Below are positions 12,921-24,206 of a stretch of DNA of 64,000 nt, piece by piece. How positions within the stretch are numbered: the first letter of the stretch is position 1; every line of letters starts with the position of its first letter. A program made the position numbers and the translations under genes. The notes beneath the pieces were generated by a model. It was given only the letters and a program-made list of their open reading frames with translations. It was not told the origin of the DNA and ran no database searches. Source of the DNA: Marsupella aquatica (taxonomy: Eukaryota > Plantae > Marchantiophyta); assembly GCA_973895155.1 (NCBI GenBank), contig OZ316891.1, positions 24,117,899-24,181,898 on the forward strand, given 5' to 3'.

Positions 12921-15027
12921 CTATATTACCCCTTTGGTTACAACGTCAAAACCATTAATTCAACAGTAACTATCCGCCGAATTGATGGTTTTGTCGTTTC
13001 TTGAACGGTAAGAAAATCCGTACCCAACGGATCCTATAACCGCTCGATGGCTCTTTCCGTTTGAGACTTGGATTTAGAAGAAACCCTCAACTATACAAAC
13101 TAGCTTCATTTTACCATGTATCATTATTTTATGTAGTCGGTTATCTTTGGGGAGTTAGAATGTCTCGCATTATTGGAATAACGTGTCCAAATACAGGTGA
13201 CGTTGTGACAATCCCTGTGTCGATTTCCGAAACCAAGAAATGTGTTAGTGATAATTACCTGTGTGGAAGATTTGGGGTGACGAGAAAACATATTTTGAGT
13301 ATCAGAACTTTGAACGATGGGCCCGCTCATTTTGATACTGAAGTGGAGGACGTTGTTTGGAATCTCGAATATGGCGCGGAGTACTTGATTTTCATTCAAG
13401 TAAGGGACATCGTTCATGTCAAGGTGGAGACGCATCAGGTTGCTCACGATGTGATTGACCTTACGTCCGATGCTGAATGCTCTGAGGGTTCTCCACCAAT
13501 CTCAAAGGGCGGTGAGGTCAATAAGGAGGGCGGAAGTACCAGTTTGTTGACGCCCCAGGTACCCCCCGTCTTCATTGCGTTGGAGGAGTCTGATGATGGA
13601 GACACTCTAACTCGTCCTGTTCTACTTGTGTACAGAAGAAGCGCACTTGATGCCTTGTTGAAGTCAACTGGACAAAGTGAGTTATCGCGCTTTGTTAGGT
13701 CCGAGGCATTCATTCACAAACAGGTTGAATGCTTACCTATAGAGTACAATGGGAATACCATATTTGAGCTTCCACCTGTTGAAGGTGTTGGCTCGAAAGG
13801 GGATCGTCTGCAAAACATGGATCGATGCAAGGACTGCTACCTCTGGACTAGAATCCTTCCTACTTTTGCTAATGTTGTTCCGAAGAAGATGTGGGAATTT
13901 GGGAAAGTAAGCTGTAGTGGTTCTCTCGAATGCCGAAATAGAGCATGTGAGTTTACGCCAGGACTTAAGTCAGAAATTGTAATGGATGGGATGGGACCCC
14001 CAAGCTCTCTGGTCAACATTGTCCTGGGAGGTTTATCAATGCTGGAGGAATTGTTTGTTGCTATTGCCTTCAAGTTCCATTTTGCGTTGAGTCTTGTCCA
14101 GCAAAAATGTTTTATATGTACCTGCAAGTTTTGATCAAAAATGACACTGCAAAACACATGTCACGACTTGCAATCCATATGGGAGTGCATAACCATCCAT
14201 GTCGGAAGGTCTGGTCTAGAAGTGCTGAGAAAATAGCAATAGAAGAAATACGGAGACAACATGAGAAGTCTCCTTCTACACCGTGCGTTTTGAAGAATGA
14301 GATCACTGGATCTTTAATGGATGCTGTAGGTGAGTCTGTGGATGACATTTCAAAGCTAGAAGAATCAGAAATCTGGAAATCACTTATGCTCGTTTCAACG
14401 CCTCAGAAGTTTTTTGCGTTATTTAAGAGCGTTCGCAAAGATCAGGTTGGTCGAGGTGATTTGGAATATCTAGTTCGCATGCAAAAGAATGTTACGTTTC
14501 CTTTCCTCCAAAGATATCTTCTTCTTGGGCAGGGCTGTAAAGGTGATAGAGCGCATATTTTCAAAATGACTATCAAAGGTCATGGATCGGGAGTAGATTT
14601 ACTGCGTCAGATGAAGAAAGGGGGGCCTCTAGAAGGAGCATGGGTGAGCTTTGACGTGATGAAAAGGATGTTGAAAGAATGGAGTACTTTTAGTGCACAT
14701 GTGTATGACCATAACTATCAAGCTTTGTGCACAATATTTACTTGTGAACTCAAAGCAGAGGACACTGCATCGCTTGAGAAAGCTTGGAGGTTGATGATCG
14801 AAGTCGTTTTGGAGAATGGTTTAAACGGTGTGGAAATCCATGGTTTCATGGTGGATAATGCTCAGGCAGGATGGATAGCGGTTAGGAATGTCTTCTTTGA
14901 CGGCCATCCAAACCCGGAGAGAGAGCGATCGGATGCATTCCACTTCTATCAGTCTTTGCATCAGCACTCTATCGAAGGAGTACTTGAAGAAAAACGTGTT
15001 GAACATTGAATCCTTTGCGGAATGCCG

Positions 15028-18000
15028 TGTGATGCCTAGACAGGAATCACTCGGCCGGTTAAGTGGGTAAAGCAGGAAGGCACCCTAGGAACACCTTAGT
15101 ATAGTGACAAAACAAGGAAAATATAAACAATTAGGGGCAACCATGGAACCCGGGCAGAGGCCGGAGGTAAGGCTGAGGGTGAAAACCCGATTAGGGTTAG
15201 GGCGCGTTAAGCGTCGGCGGCTAGGAAGGATCAACGGGAAGAAGGACCGGCAGAGGAGAGGGGTAAGGAGCGCTTGCAGGAGATGGTGGCTCATTTGCGA
15301 GCACGAACTAGGCAGACGACTACGGGAGGCCAACTACTGTCAGCTGCTTAGGCAAGCACTCGGGGAGAGAGTAGATACCGACGATCAACCTAAGGAGGGT
15401 ATGAGCAACGTCAATCAAGCGGCACATTTCTGGGGATGCCTGTTCGAACGGGCAACTGAGTACATCAAGACTTACGAGGACGAGGAGTCAGAAAGGGCAG
15501 CTCGAGAACGGCAGGAGCTCGCTCGATTGTGGGAGCTGCAGAAGACGGCTTTCTTAGGAGGCGAACTCATCAAGGACGAGTTCCTGTGGACGCCTACTTC
15601 CAATCAACTCGACGATCTTCTGTTTTGCAAAGACAGCGTCGTCGGCATCCGAGAGGCCATCAAGAACTGCAACGACATACACTGGGAATTAAAGGGTAGC
15701 ACGGAAAGGTGGACCCAGGCAACGGTGCTAGGAGAAACCTCCACGGCAGCAGAGATGAAGAGGAAGGGAGCCGTCAACGATGAAGCCACCCCGGCAAAAA
15801 GAACGAGGTCGGCGGCACCAAAGAAGCCAGCCGAGCAGCAGAGCAGGAGGCAGGGAGAAGCCGAAGAGGAGGAGGTTGATCCCATCAAGGCCATTCCAAC
15901 CAGGGATGACACCTGGAAGGGCTGGGCGGCAACCCTACCGGTGGAGGTGCAACTACATTTTGCACGGGAGGAGGATGCATGCTTTACGGCCATGCAGACC
16001 AAGAAGTACCAAGGCTTCATGGCCGGATCCGGCTTGGAGGCCTTTGTAAGATTACCATGGCTGAAGCCGGAGGTACCGGAGTCAGACCTATTAGAATTCG
16101 TGGGGTCATGGGAACCCGAGACCAATTGCACGAGGATATATGGGAAGGATTTCTATCTTACTCCCAAGGTGATTGCCGAAGTGTTTGGCTTGCCGATGGG
16201 CAATAAGACCAAAGTTGATACCAGGAAGACCTTGCCTGACAAGGAGTTCCGGTCGTTCCCCGGGCCATCAACGAAGAATGGCTTCTTCCGGAACACCTGC
16301 ACCAACCCGCACATAGGAGAGATGATCGACTTCTTGCGGGTGACCATGCATTGTAACTTGCCGAGGGCAGAGATCGGCAAGGCACAGGTCTATCTGGCAG
16401 AAAGGCCAGACCCAAGCCGGGACTACAACGGGTACCTCCTCAACCAATTGAAGAAGATCTTAAAGGAGGAGCAGCAGGTAATCGGCATGGGGAGCGTGTC
16501 GCGGCTTGGCTATCACATGCCGCTGTTGTGCCGGTATGCCAGAGGTCAGACTTTTGCCCCAGTACTTCCCCTGCAGGTAAGGGCACCCGAGGAAGCTCCA
16601 ACGCCGAGGCCGTTGGCTGAGAAGCCTCAACCACCTGTTAGTCCTACGATCGAGCAGGTGTTTAGGCCCAGGAAGGAAGACTTGCCGATGCAGCAACCAG
16701 GCATGCAGAGTCTGCTGAAACTACAGGAGAAAGAAAAGAAATCGGCATCGGCAACGACAACGGCAACGGCAACAATGCAGGACACTACTACAGCGGTAGG
16801 CCTACACCGGCTCACAAGAGAAAACCCCTTTGCTGGAGACAAGGAGAGAATCAGGCCGGAATCCAAGCCAGGTGTTCGAATGTACGTGGGAACCTCAAGC
16901 TCCGAATCTGAGGCAGAATTGCCTGAAGCTCCTACCGAGGAAGAGGAGAGGGAGAAGCCGGAAATCCAAGAGGTAGAGGAGGCAGTGGAGGACTGCAGCC
17001 ATGATAATTCCGGCTATGGGTCGGACCATCACGTTCCAGGAGTAAGGACCTGTGGCCGGTTTGTCCCCACACTTCCAAGGGTAGTGCGAGGGGACCCCAA
17101 CCAGCAGAGTAGCCCTGAGTCTCCCCCACCAGATGTTGCTCCCCCGAGCTTCGACGGCATAAAACAGACGGTGCAGGAATTTCAGGAGCGAATCAAGCAG
17201 GAGGAAGAGGCCGCCCTGGCTAAGGAAAAGGATTTACCAGGAGGAGATTGGCTGGAGGACATCAGGCGGCTAGCCGAAAAAGGAAGCAAACCTCTAGCCA
17301 CGATTGAAGAGATCCGCAGGACGGCTTGGGAGCAGAGGCCACGATGGGCGATGCCGATCACTTCTACTTACTCCACCTACGCTAAGAATAGAGCCATGGA
17401 GTATGGTGAGATGTGTGGGGAACTTGCGCTCAGCATCTTTGGAGAGGAGTTGGAGGTAGGACCCTTTTTCCATAGGGAGCAGTTGGAGAAGCACCAATTA
17501 GAAGAAGCGGTGGCTTTAGAGAGAAGCAAGAAGGACGAGGTCATTCGGCGGCTTAGGAGGATGGGAGCCGAGATTGAAGATCTAAGGGCGGCCAAGAAAG
17601 CCCAAGATGAACTGCGGATTAAACGACATGAGCTGAACATCATGCAGGGGCAGTTGGACGCCGCGCAGGCTGATAATCAGAATATCAAGGATAAACTGAC
17701 TCAGACGCAGGAAGAGTTGGCCGACACGATCAAAGAAAGGGAAAAATGGAAGCAAGAGCTGAAGAATACAGAGGAGGCCCACATAACAGCCAACAGCCGG
17801 GCCATGGCGGAGACCCAAAGAAAGGAATGGGCGTTGAAAGGGGAGCTCGAGAAAATCCGCGGAGCCCTTGAGCAGAAGGAAGTCGAGTTAGGGAAATCCT
17901 ATCAAGGGATTATGGCGCTGCAGCAGGAGCTTGCGTCCCTGACGGCCAGCTTCAAGGCCGACCTAAGGGAGAAGGACGAGATGCTCGAACAGACTTACGC

Positions 18001-19675
18001 CAAGATGAACCAGATGGAGTCTGTCATCATTGCAGAGCTCGACAAGGAGCTAAGAGCAACCCAGGAGGAGAAGGCTACCTTGAAGAAGGAATTGGAGGAA
18101 GCCCACAGGGAGCAGGAGGAGGCCAAAAACGAGCTGGAGGGGGCACGTAAGGACCTGGATGAAACCCAAGAGGAGTTGGAGGAAATCACGAGGAAGATGG
18201 AGAACCTACAGCGGCGGGCCGACAACCAAACAGAGCGGCTGAAGAAACAAGCCGCAGTATTTAAATGCTTAGCTATAGCAGGTCCATCTCCTGTTGGGAC
18301 AAACCAGTTACCAGGGGTGGTAATTGCCGAAGGACAAGCCGCCCCACCTGCACCAGTGCCGGAGGTAAGTGGGAAGGGGAAGGGACCAGCTGCCGAGCCA
18401 CCAACGAAGAAGAAGCGGAAACCTTCAGGGTCAAGGAGTAATACGACTTCACAGGCCGTGGTGATCAAGGAGGTAGACCCAGCACCGACCCCAGACAGGG
18501 TCACGGCTAAGGATCCAACTACCCTAGGGGAAGGGGAAGCCGAAGCCGTGGGGTTGGCTGAGGCCGAAGCCGTGGGGGTGGCTGAAGCCGAAGCCGTGGG
18601 AGTTGTCGAGGCTGAAGCCGAAGGTGGACCCAGTCAGGCCGATGGAGAGTTGACTCGGTCAAGGGCAGGTAATCTGTCAGTAGGCGGGCCAACGGCAGTG
18701 GCTGAGGAGGAAGTGTTGGGGGCGTCCATTGAGGATCCACCACCGGTGTCGTGACGGTGCAAGGGCGCCGTTCCTTTTAGGGAGGGCGGACGTGGAGGGA
18801 GGAGGCGTGAGTGGGCAGGGCGGGCACGGATCTCCACGTTTAGGATTAGGATCAGAACCAGGAGCGGCCCTGACACTTAGCTTAGTGGGATTGCGGTCCC
18901 ACTGGTAGGAGCAACACTTGTGCTCCTGCCTTGCTGTACATAGGTAGATTCGGGCAAGTAGATTACTGTTAAGTAGATTAGGCTTACGATGCAAAGAATG
19001 GCGGATCCACTACCAGGATAAGTACCTGGGCAGCGGGGAGCTCAGGGCCTCTTCTTTAGCAAGTTTTTAGTTTGCACCAGCCGGGCTGGGATCAAGTAGT
19101 ACGAGAAGCTCTCGGTTAGTCATACAGTGACCCTTGTGTATATTCATGTTTCCTCATGCCTAAGAGCTGAATAGAGTTGGCCTCACGGCTTAGTTCGCAG
19201 AACTTGTGTATGAGATGTACTGTTTGTATGGCAAGTGCATGGTATGACTCAGTCAGAATGAGTCATTTTGCTATTTGTGTGTCGCATTAACTTGTGTGAA
19301 GAGTGCCCACATCAACAGAAGGAAGGAAAGTAAGCAGGGGAGTGAGAGTTGGATGTGTCGAGCTGAGAGAGGTCTTAGCGGCTTAACCAAGCCTATTGGG
19401 GATCATTCCGGCGGCGGAATCCAAACATACCTAACAAGACGGAGGGGAAGACAGGGGAAGACAGGGGAAGGCCTATATTAGGCCGGCTACGTATCTCATG
19501 ACCCGATGAAGGATCTGTCCAGTATATGTGTGTAAAATGTTAATAGTAGTAGTAGAAGGTTAGCAGCGTCCCATGCCGCTAAGCCGCGGAAACGGCCTCA
19601 CCAAGCACGAAACCTGCGGGAATCGGCTTGAGCTGGGGGGTTTCTTGGGTTTAGGGAGCCATGGGACGCACCACA
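15028..19675 (+). mobile_element. 4,648-bp solo LTR-like element (Gypsy family B) encoding a long ORF
   Basis: Termini TGTGATGC...GCACCACA; 5-bp TSD TGCCG at 15023-15027 and 19676-19680; no gag or pol and no internal LTR pair; shares TTCCGGCGGCGGAA...CAAAC (about 19406) with family A LTR ends (about 25805). Confidence 0.88.
15104..18754 (+). CDS. 1216-aa LTR-encoded protein: basic N-terminus, Transposase_32/PMD-like domain, acidic/Pro linker, long coiled coil, NLS-like KKKRK
   Basis: Uninterrupted ORF (first ATG at 15143); GLEAFVRLPW...LLEFVGSW...IYGKDFYLTPKVIAEVFGLPMG; heptad-rich region about aa 790-1050; C-terminal (AEAEAVGV)n 24-bp repeats at about 18530-18625. The domain name is inferred from motif resemblance. 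Confidence 0.85.
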   Translation: MTKQGKYKQLGATMEPGQRPEVRLRVKTRLGLGRVKRRRLGRINGKKDRQRRGVRSACRRWWLICEHELGRRLREANYCQLLRQALGERVDTDDQPKEGMSNVNQAAHFWGCLFERATEYIKTYEDEESERAARERQELARLWELQKTAFLGGELIKDEFLWTPTSNQLDDLLFCKDSVVGIREAIKNCNDIHWELKGSTERWTQATVLGETSTAAEMKRKGAVNDEATPAKRTRSAAPKKPAEQQSRRQGEAEEEEVDPIKAIPTRDDTWKGWAATLPVEVQLHFAREEDACFTAMQTKKYQGFMAGSGLEAFVRLPWLKPEVPESDLLEFVGSWEPETNCTRIYGKDFYLTPKVIAEVFGLPMGNKTKVDTRKTLPDKEFRSFPGPSTKNGFFRNTCTNPHIGEMIDFLRVTMHCNLPRAEIGKAQVYLAERPDPSRDYNGYLLNQLKKILKEEQQVIGMGSVSRLGYHMPLLCRYARGQTFAPVLPLQVRAPEEAPTPRPLAEKPQPPVSPTIEQVFRPRKEDLPMQQPGMQSLLKLQEKEKKSASATTTATATMQDTTTAVGLHRLTRENPFAGDKERIRPESKPGVRMYVGTSSSESEAELPEAPTEEEEREKPEIQEVEEAVEDCSHDNSGYGSDHHVPGVRTCGRFVPTLPRVVRGDPNQQSSPESPPPDVAPPSFDGIKQTVQEFQERIKQEEEAALAKEKDLPGGDWLEDIRRLAEKGSKPLATIEEIRRTAWEQRPRWAMPITSTYSTYAKNRAMEYGEMCGELALSIFGEELEVGPFFHREQLEKHQLEEAVALERSKKDEVIRRLRRMGAEIEDLRAAKKAQDELRIKRHELNIMQGQLDAAQADNQNIKDKLTQTQEELADTIKEREKWKQELKNTEEAHITANSRAMAETQRKEWALKGELEKIRGALEQKEVELGKSYQGIMALQQELASLTASFKADLREKDEMLEQTYAKMNQMESVIIAELDKELRATQEEKATLKKELEEAHREQEEAKNELEGARKDLDETQEELEEITRKMENLQRRADNQTERLKKQAAVFKCLAIAGPSPVGTNQLPGVVIAEGQAAPPAPVPEVSGKGKGPAAEPPTKKKRKPSGSRSNTTSQAVVIKEVDPAPTPDRVTAKDPTTLGEGEAEAVGLAEAEAVGVAEAEAVGVVEAEAEGGPSQADGELTRSRAGNLSVGGPTAVAEEEVLGASIEDPPPVS

Positions 19676-22179
19676 TGCCGCTTCATTTGTGGAAGCCTAC
19701 AGGGTATCACGAGAGATTGATTCATGGTGGAGATCTGGAAATTGTATTCCTGGGAAACTTAGAATGTTGCAAGGATGGATCGCTTGGTGGGTTGTGAGGT
19801 GGCGTCAGTGGGGAAATTTCATATGTTTGGTGAGTCAATGTATACTAGCGCCTGGCGCTAGTATTAATATCCCTTTTCTAATTGTGATCTTTACTCATGC
19901 TTTTTGCCAACGCCGGGCGCTAACGTACGAATAGCTTGATAGCTTCTTCAATCTTTGCAATCATCATGAAAACATTCATACCTTTTGTCCGCCCATTTTG
20001 AAGTTCCGCTTTTTTATTCGATATATTGTACTGAATTTGACAAAACTCTTTTTCAGAGCAAAAGTGCACTTGAAGGGGGGATGATTCCCAATTGCACTGG
20101 TTCTGAAGCTGTTCACGGAATCATGAAAGCATGGCAAGGAAAGAAAACAGTTGGTTTGTTCGAAGGATGTAAGACCGATCACAACAGAGCAATCTCACAA
20201 ATAGCAGCCTATACAGCATATCGTGAAGGGCTCCATTGGGGTACCGGTCCAACAGTGTTTGAATTGGCTTTTCGTTCGGCTGACCAAGCAGGGTCCCCAA
20301 AACTCTTTGAAGAAGCCTCTAATATGTTACTCGCAAATGCAGCAGAATTTGATTTGGAGAGGGATTCTTCGTTGAATGGGGATTTTGTGACGAAGTCTAT
20401 GAAAAGAAAAGGTCCGGCGACCGGGAATGTCTCTCCACAAGACTCCCATCGACATGACACGGTTCTCATAACTATGCCAAACACCCGAGGTTGCAAGAGG
20501 AGAAATTTGACCTCAGCCGAGTTTGAGCACATTCCGATACTTAAAACTCCTCCTTCGAATCCAGTTATCGATTTGTCTGAAAGTGGCTCTCCAGTTTCCC
20601 ATCATGTCACTCAATCTTCCAAAGTTCCAGAAAGTGTTCTGAACACCACTCCATTCATTCCTGTAGACACTTTGCTTTTTGAAGTGGACGTTGTACCCGG
20701 GTCGTGGCATTTGCGGAGAGTTTCCAGACATGGTGCTGGACCACAGTGTAATGGGACGTTGTCTGGAAGTTGTGATCGAGATGAGTGTTGTAATCAAATT
20801 AAGAAGGTCGGATATCCTTCAAATGCAGGGGTTGTCGGAATAGTCATCAAAGGTTACCGCTTATTCAGAGGTGAACACCATCCAGAGCTTGTCTGGTTCT
20901 GCCCCACTCGTGATTGCTGGAAGAGCCGCCCTCGTCAAGGTATTGTGAACCTCCCTACTTGCCCATACTTTTTGCCAGTACAGAAAGGCACTTATCTTTC
21001 AAGTCTAGAGTTGAATTTCCTTCACAAGCAGGGCATTGAAGTCTCGAGAGGAGGTGCTATTTCACGTTGTCCTTCTCCATTCGAACTGAGAATCAACATT
21101 GATGTTTTCCTTGAAAAGATTGATCTTGCACAAGTCAACATCCATTTTTGAACGAGAAACGGGCGTGCGATGAGCTCCAGATCAAATCTCACTCAGGAAT
21201 ATCATAAAAGGATTGAATCAGCAACGAAAGAAACAATGACTTTGATCAAAACTATGGAAGTTTCATCGGGAAATTCATACGGAAACCGATTCTAGATACG
21301 CACACATGCACATTTACGAACTGCAAATACTTACTGGGTGCAGATTTGCATTTTCCCTTGTTGCTCTTGTGAAGATTTCTTTTGTCGACATTCTTGAGGG
21401 AAACCTTTCATGCCATGTAAACACTTGTACTGGGTTTACAAAGTTATCTGCAAGCTTGATCCTATGGACAATATCCTCCCAAGCCAACCAATTCTTACCA
21501 TTGCGGAACTGCGTTATATTCTAGCAAGGCAGAATGCTTATGGATTATAGGAAGGCTTAGTATTCTAGTTTACGTTCAACGGGTATGTAGGACTTGTCGT
21601 TTCGTAACGGTAACTTTGTTTTGGTTAGCGCCCGACGCTAGTAAACAACATTTGGTTTCTTTTCAACATGGCTCAATGTTTTGTGGGTTGCACAAAAAAC
21701 TTAATTTGTTTTTACAATTTTACGGATGTGTAAATTTCATTGTACGAGTAACGGAGATTTCTTTGTATTCAATCGTCACTTGGACTTCAGTTTTGTTAGC
21801 GCCCGGCGCTAGACTTCATTTCCTTACTTGGTTTTAGTTTGTAGTTTCCAGGTCTGAACGTGTGGATTTCTTTCGCATGCATTCTCGAGGATGACCTTTT
21901 CTTGCCTTAGAAACTGTTGTCCTTTGATCATTTCGGTAGATGGTGAGCGGATATTTTGTTAATGATATTTTGTAACGGTATCAAACGCTTGGTTAGGACT
22001 AAGCGCTAGTAAAGGCATCTTCCGATAATTGTCGTTTTCCCCATCTTTTTGAGTTGATGTTGAATTTGACCTCTTTGGTTTGGTCCAAAATTAAGCCATT
22101 TTTTGTCAATGATAGTACCAATTCTCCTGTTTTGTTCAACTATCTTTCCTATTATGATCATCACTGTTTCCTGTTTCCT

Positions 22180-22708
22180 GTCACGGAGGTCGGGCCCATG
22201 GAATAGAAGAACTCAAGACAAAGATTGGTACGAAGGTGGTAGTGAGCTCAAGAGTTGTAAGGCTTTCTTTTCTTCTCTCAAATGCTCCCCCAAATTCTCT
22301 AGGTCAACCCCAAGATCATTGAATTGATCGATATGATCTTGAATTCTTGACTCCATCAGCCATTTTGAATTGCATGAGCTTCAAGCTTGCATACATTTGG
22401 TTTGACATCTCCTTCTTGTAGTACTTGTTGCGCAATGCTTGAAATAAGTCCGTCACTGTTTGTGTTACTTTTTCCTCGAACTGCTTCTTCACATTGTTTT
22501 TCAGGTACATGCCAACAATACTTACTGCTTGATCCTGGAGATCATGCCAATCATCATCTTCCATCTCCTTGGGTTGAGATCTTAGTACCTTGCCTAGGCC
22601 CATCGCCCTAAGTGCATCCCTCACGTTACGTTCCCACATTGTATAGTCCATCCGACCATCAAATTTTTCCACCTCAAACCTTTGACCTCCAATCCTAGTA
22701 GTCGCCAT
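22180..22708 (-). pseudogene. Copia gag N-terminal fragment
   Basis: EKFDGRMDYTMW and LLSSLPPSY motifs; frameshift near 22345; truncated. Confidence 0.88.
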
Positions 22709-24201
22709 CGCTGGAATGCCAAATGTAGTATGGAGCCGCCATCCGGGAAGAAATAAATGTCGAATGCTCAGATGTGGGGTGTGAAAATAAGGCCAAAAAT
22801 GAAAGCTGGTGAATTTTGAAACTGATCACTCCTATGTGTAGCCCACAAGGTAATGCTCCAAATTCTGAAAACGGTTTGTCAAATGGACTCTCGAGTGCCG
22901 AGAATTTTTACTCCGACCGAAGGGGGGTAAAAGATGAAATTTTTACCCCTCGAGGGAATCTCTTATGCCAAAGATTCCACTAGTATGCTTTTTCAAAATG
23001 GAACGCACCAATACTTGCCTAGCTTCCCCAAGTACGCCTCTCCAAAAGTTGAAGTTGATCCGATTTTGTTTGCCGCTTGGAATCTTTGACCTTCGATAAA
23101 AATTTAAGCCTCTGGAAAAGAATCTTTTTGGGAAATTCTGTCCGCCCTTGTACAGCCCCTGTGGGGGACTCCACAGGGGCACTTCCCCCTTCCCGAGCCC
23201 TGTCAAGCCCTAAAAGGCCTCCTCGAAGTTTTTGACCTCCTCGCGCATCTGCGGAAGTCACGACTACTCGCGGCAGAAAGTACCCCTCGGCGGATTCACT
23301 CAAATTCCCGTCTCAGTTTTTGACAAAATCCAATTCTGATTTTAGATTCAGAAACTAGACTTTGAGGGCATCAAGATTGATATACAGAACTTGCAAAAAG
23401 GTGGAGTAATGAGGGAGAAAAAATTTGGTGAAAGTTACTGATATTAAGTTATCCGCCATAGCCAAAATTTTGAGCTCAAAAAATGAGAATTGAAATTAAG
23501 ATTGCTTCTCAACCGTTTGATGGAATTTAACGATGTTGATATTGAAACGTCTAGAAAGACAAGGCGCTCAAGCATATCTCAGTTTCAAGTCCCGATAGAA
23601 CAATCAAAAAGACTGATCTGAGAAGTTGACCTTATCTCTTGCCCGGTAAAGTAAATTGAAAACCGTCACTTACAATTGTTTCCGTTTCTGACCTCAGGCC
23701 TTCATTGCTTCACTGAAATGAGCCCCTGATTGTGTGCTCCACACTTGTGACAAGATTGAGTCCAATCTTCTTTCAATAGCTCCGCTTCGAAGAGGAAATC
23801 ATCCGTTATTCGCTTTGCTTGAAGCAAGTTCTATGGAGTTCCTAATCGACTGAAAAAACCTGGGCTCTGATACCAATTGTGGGGAGAAATCAGATTATGA
23901 AAAACATTCCAAACATACACATGCTCAATAGTTATGTGGTTTGCCTCAAGGTTGGCTACGTCCACGGGAAGACCAAGCTTTATTAATGGTTATGTGTCTA
24001 CTCAAGCATCACTATAGCTCTCATCTCTTCAAGCTCTCATCTCTTGCTATATCACTGTGTTCTCTCTTGAGAACTTTCTTGTGTGTTCTCACACCACATA
24101 CAAGTTGAAGAGATAAGGACCAATCTCTTCAACTAGGATTTACTCTAACCCTAGTTAATATACTAACCATAGTTCAACCCAAGACTGAGTTAACCTCTAC
24201 A
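22180..24201 (-). mobile_element. 5' remnant of a Copia element (Tnt1/Tork-like): LTR, PBS, leader, truncated gag
   Basis: LTR 23878-24201 (TGTAGAGG...CCCCACA on minus); PBS TGGTATCAGAGCCC at 23862-23875; gag MATTRIGGQRFEVEKFDG...W and ALQLLSSLPPSY. Confidence 0.9.
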
Positions 24202-24206
24202 ATCTA

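Larger units (their letters stand above)
13160..21550 (+). pseudogene. MULE transposase (GCM/WRKY-like N-terminal Cys/His domain, DDE core, Cys-rich domain, SWIM), split by a solo LTR
   Basis: SCSGSLECRNRAC and MGVHNHPC; catalytic SFDVM, GFMVDNA, AFHF and GSEAVH; GT-AG intron 19830-20056; SWIM CSCEDF...CKH near 21355-21425; the reading continues across 15028-19675 with a frameshift. Confidence 0.85.
12015..22128 (+). mobile_element. Mutator-like DNA transposon (copy 2); ends approximate
   Basis: Contains a MULE transposase; AT-rich flanks with repeated TAGCGCCNGGCGCTA palindromes; only weak terminal inverted similarity (GTAC...GAGGTC at similar spacing); no convincing TSD. Confidence 0.65.

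Noticed and set aside
15104-18754. 1216-aa ORF as a host SMC/myosin-like gene
   Set aside because: It lies wholly inside a TG...CA unit with a 5-bp TSD that splits a transposase; no ATPase motifs or introns.
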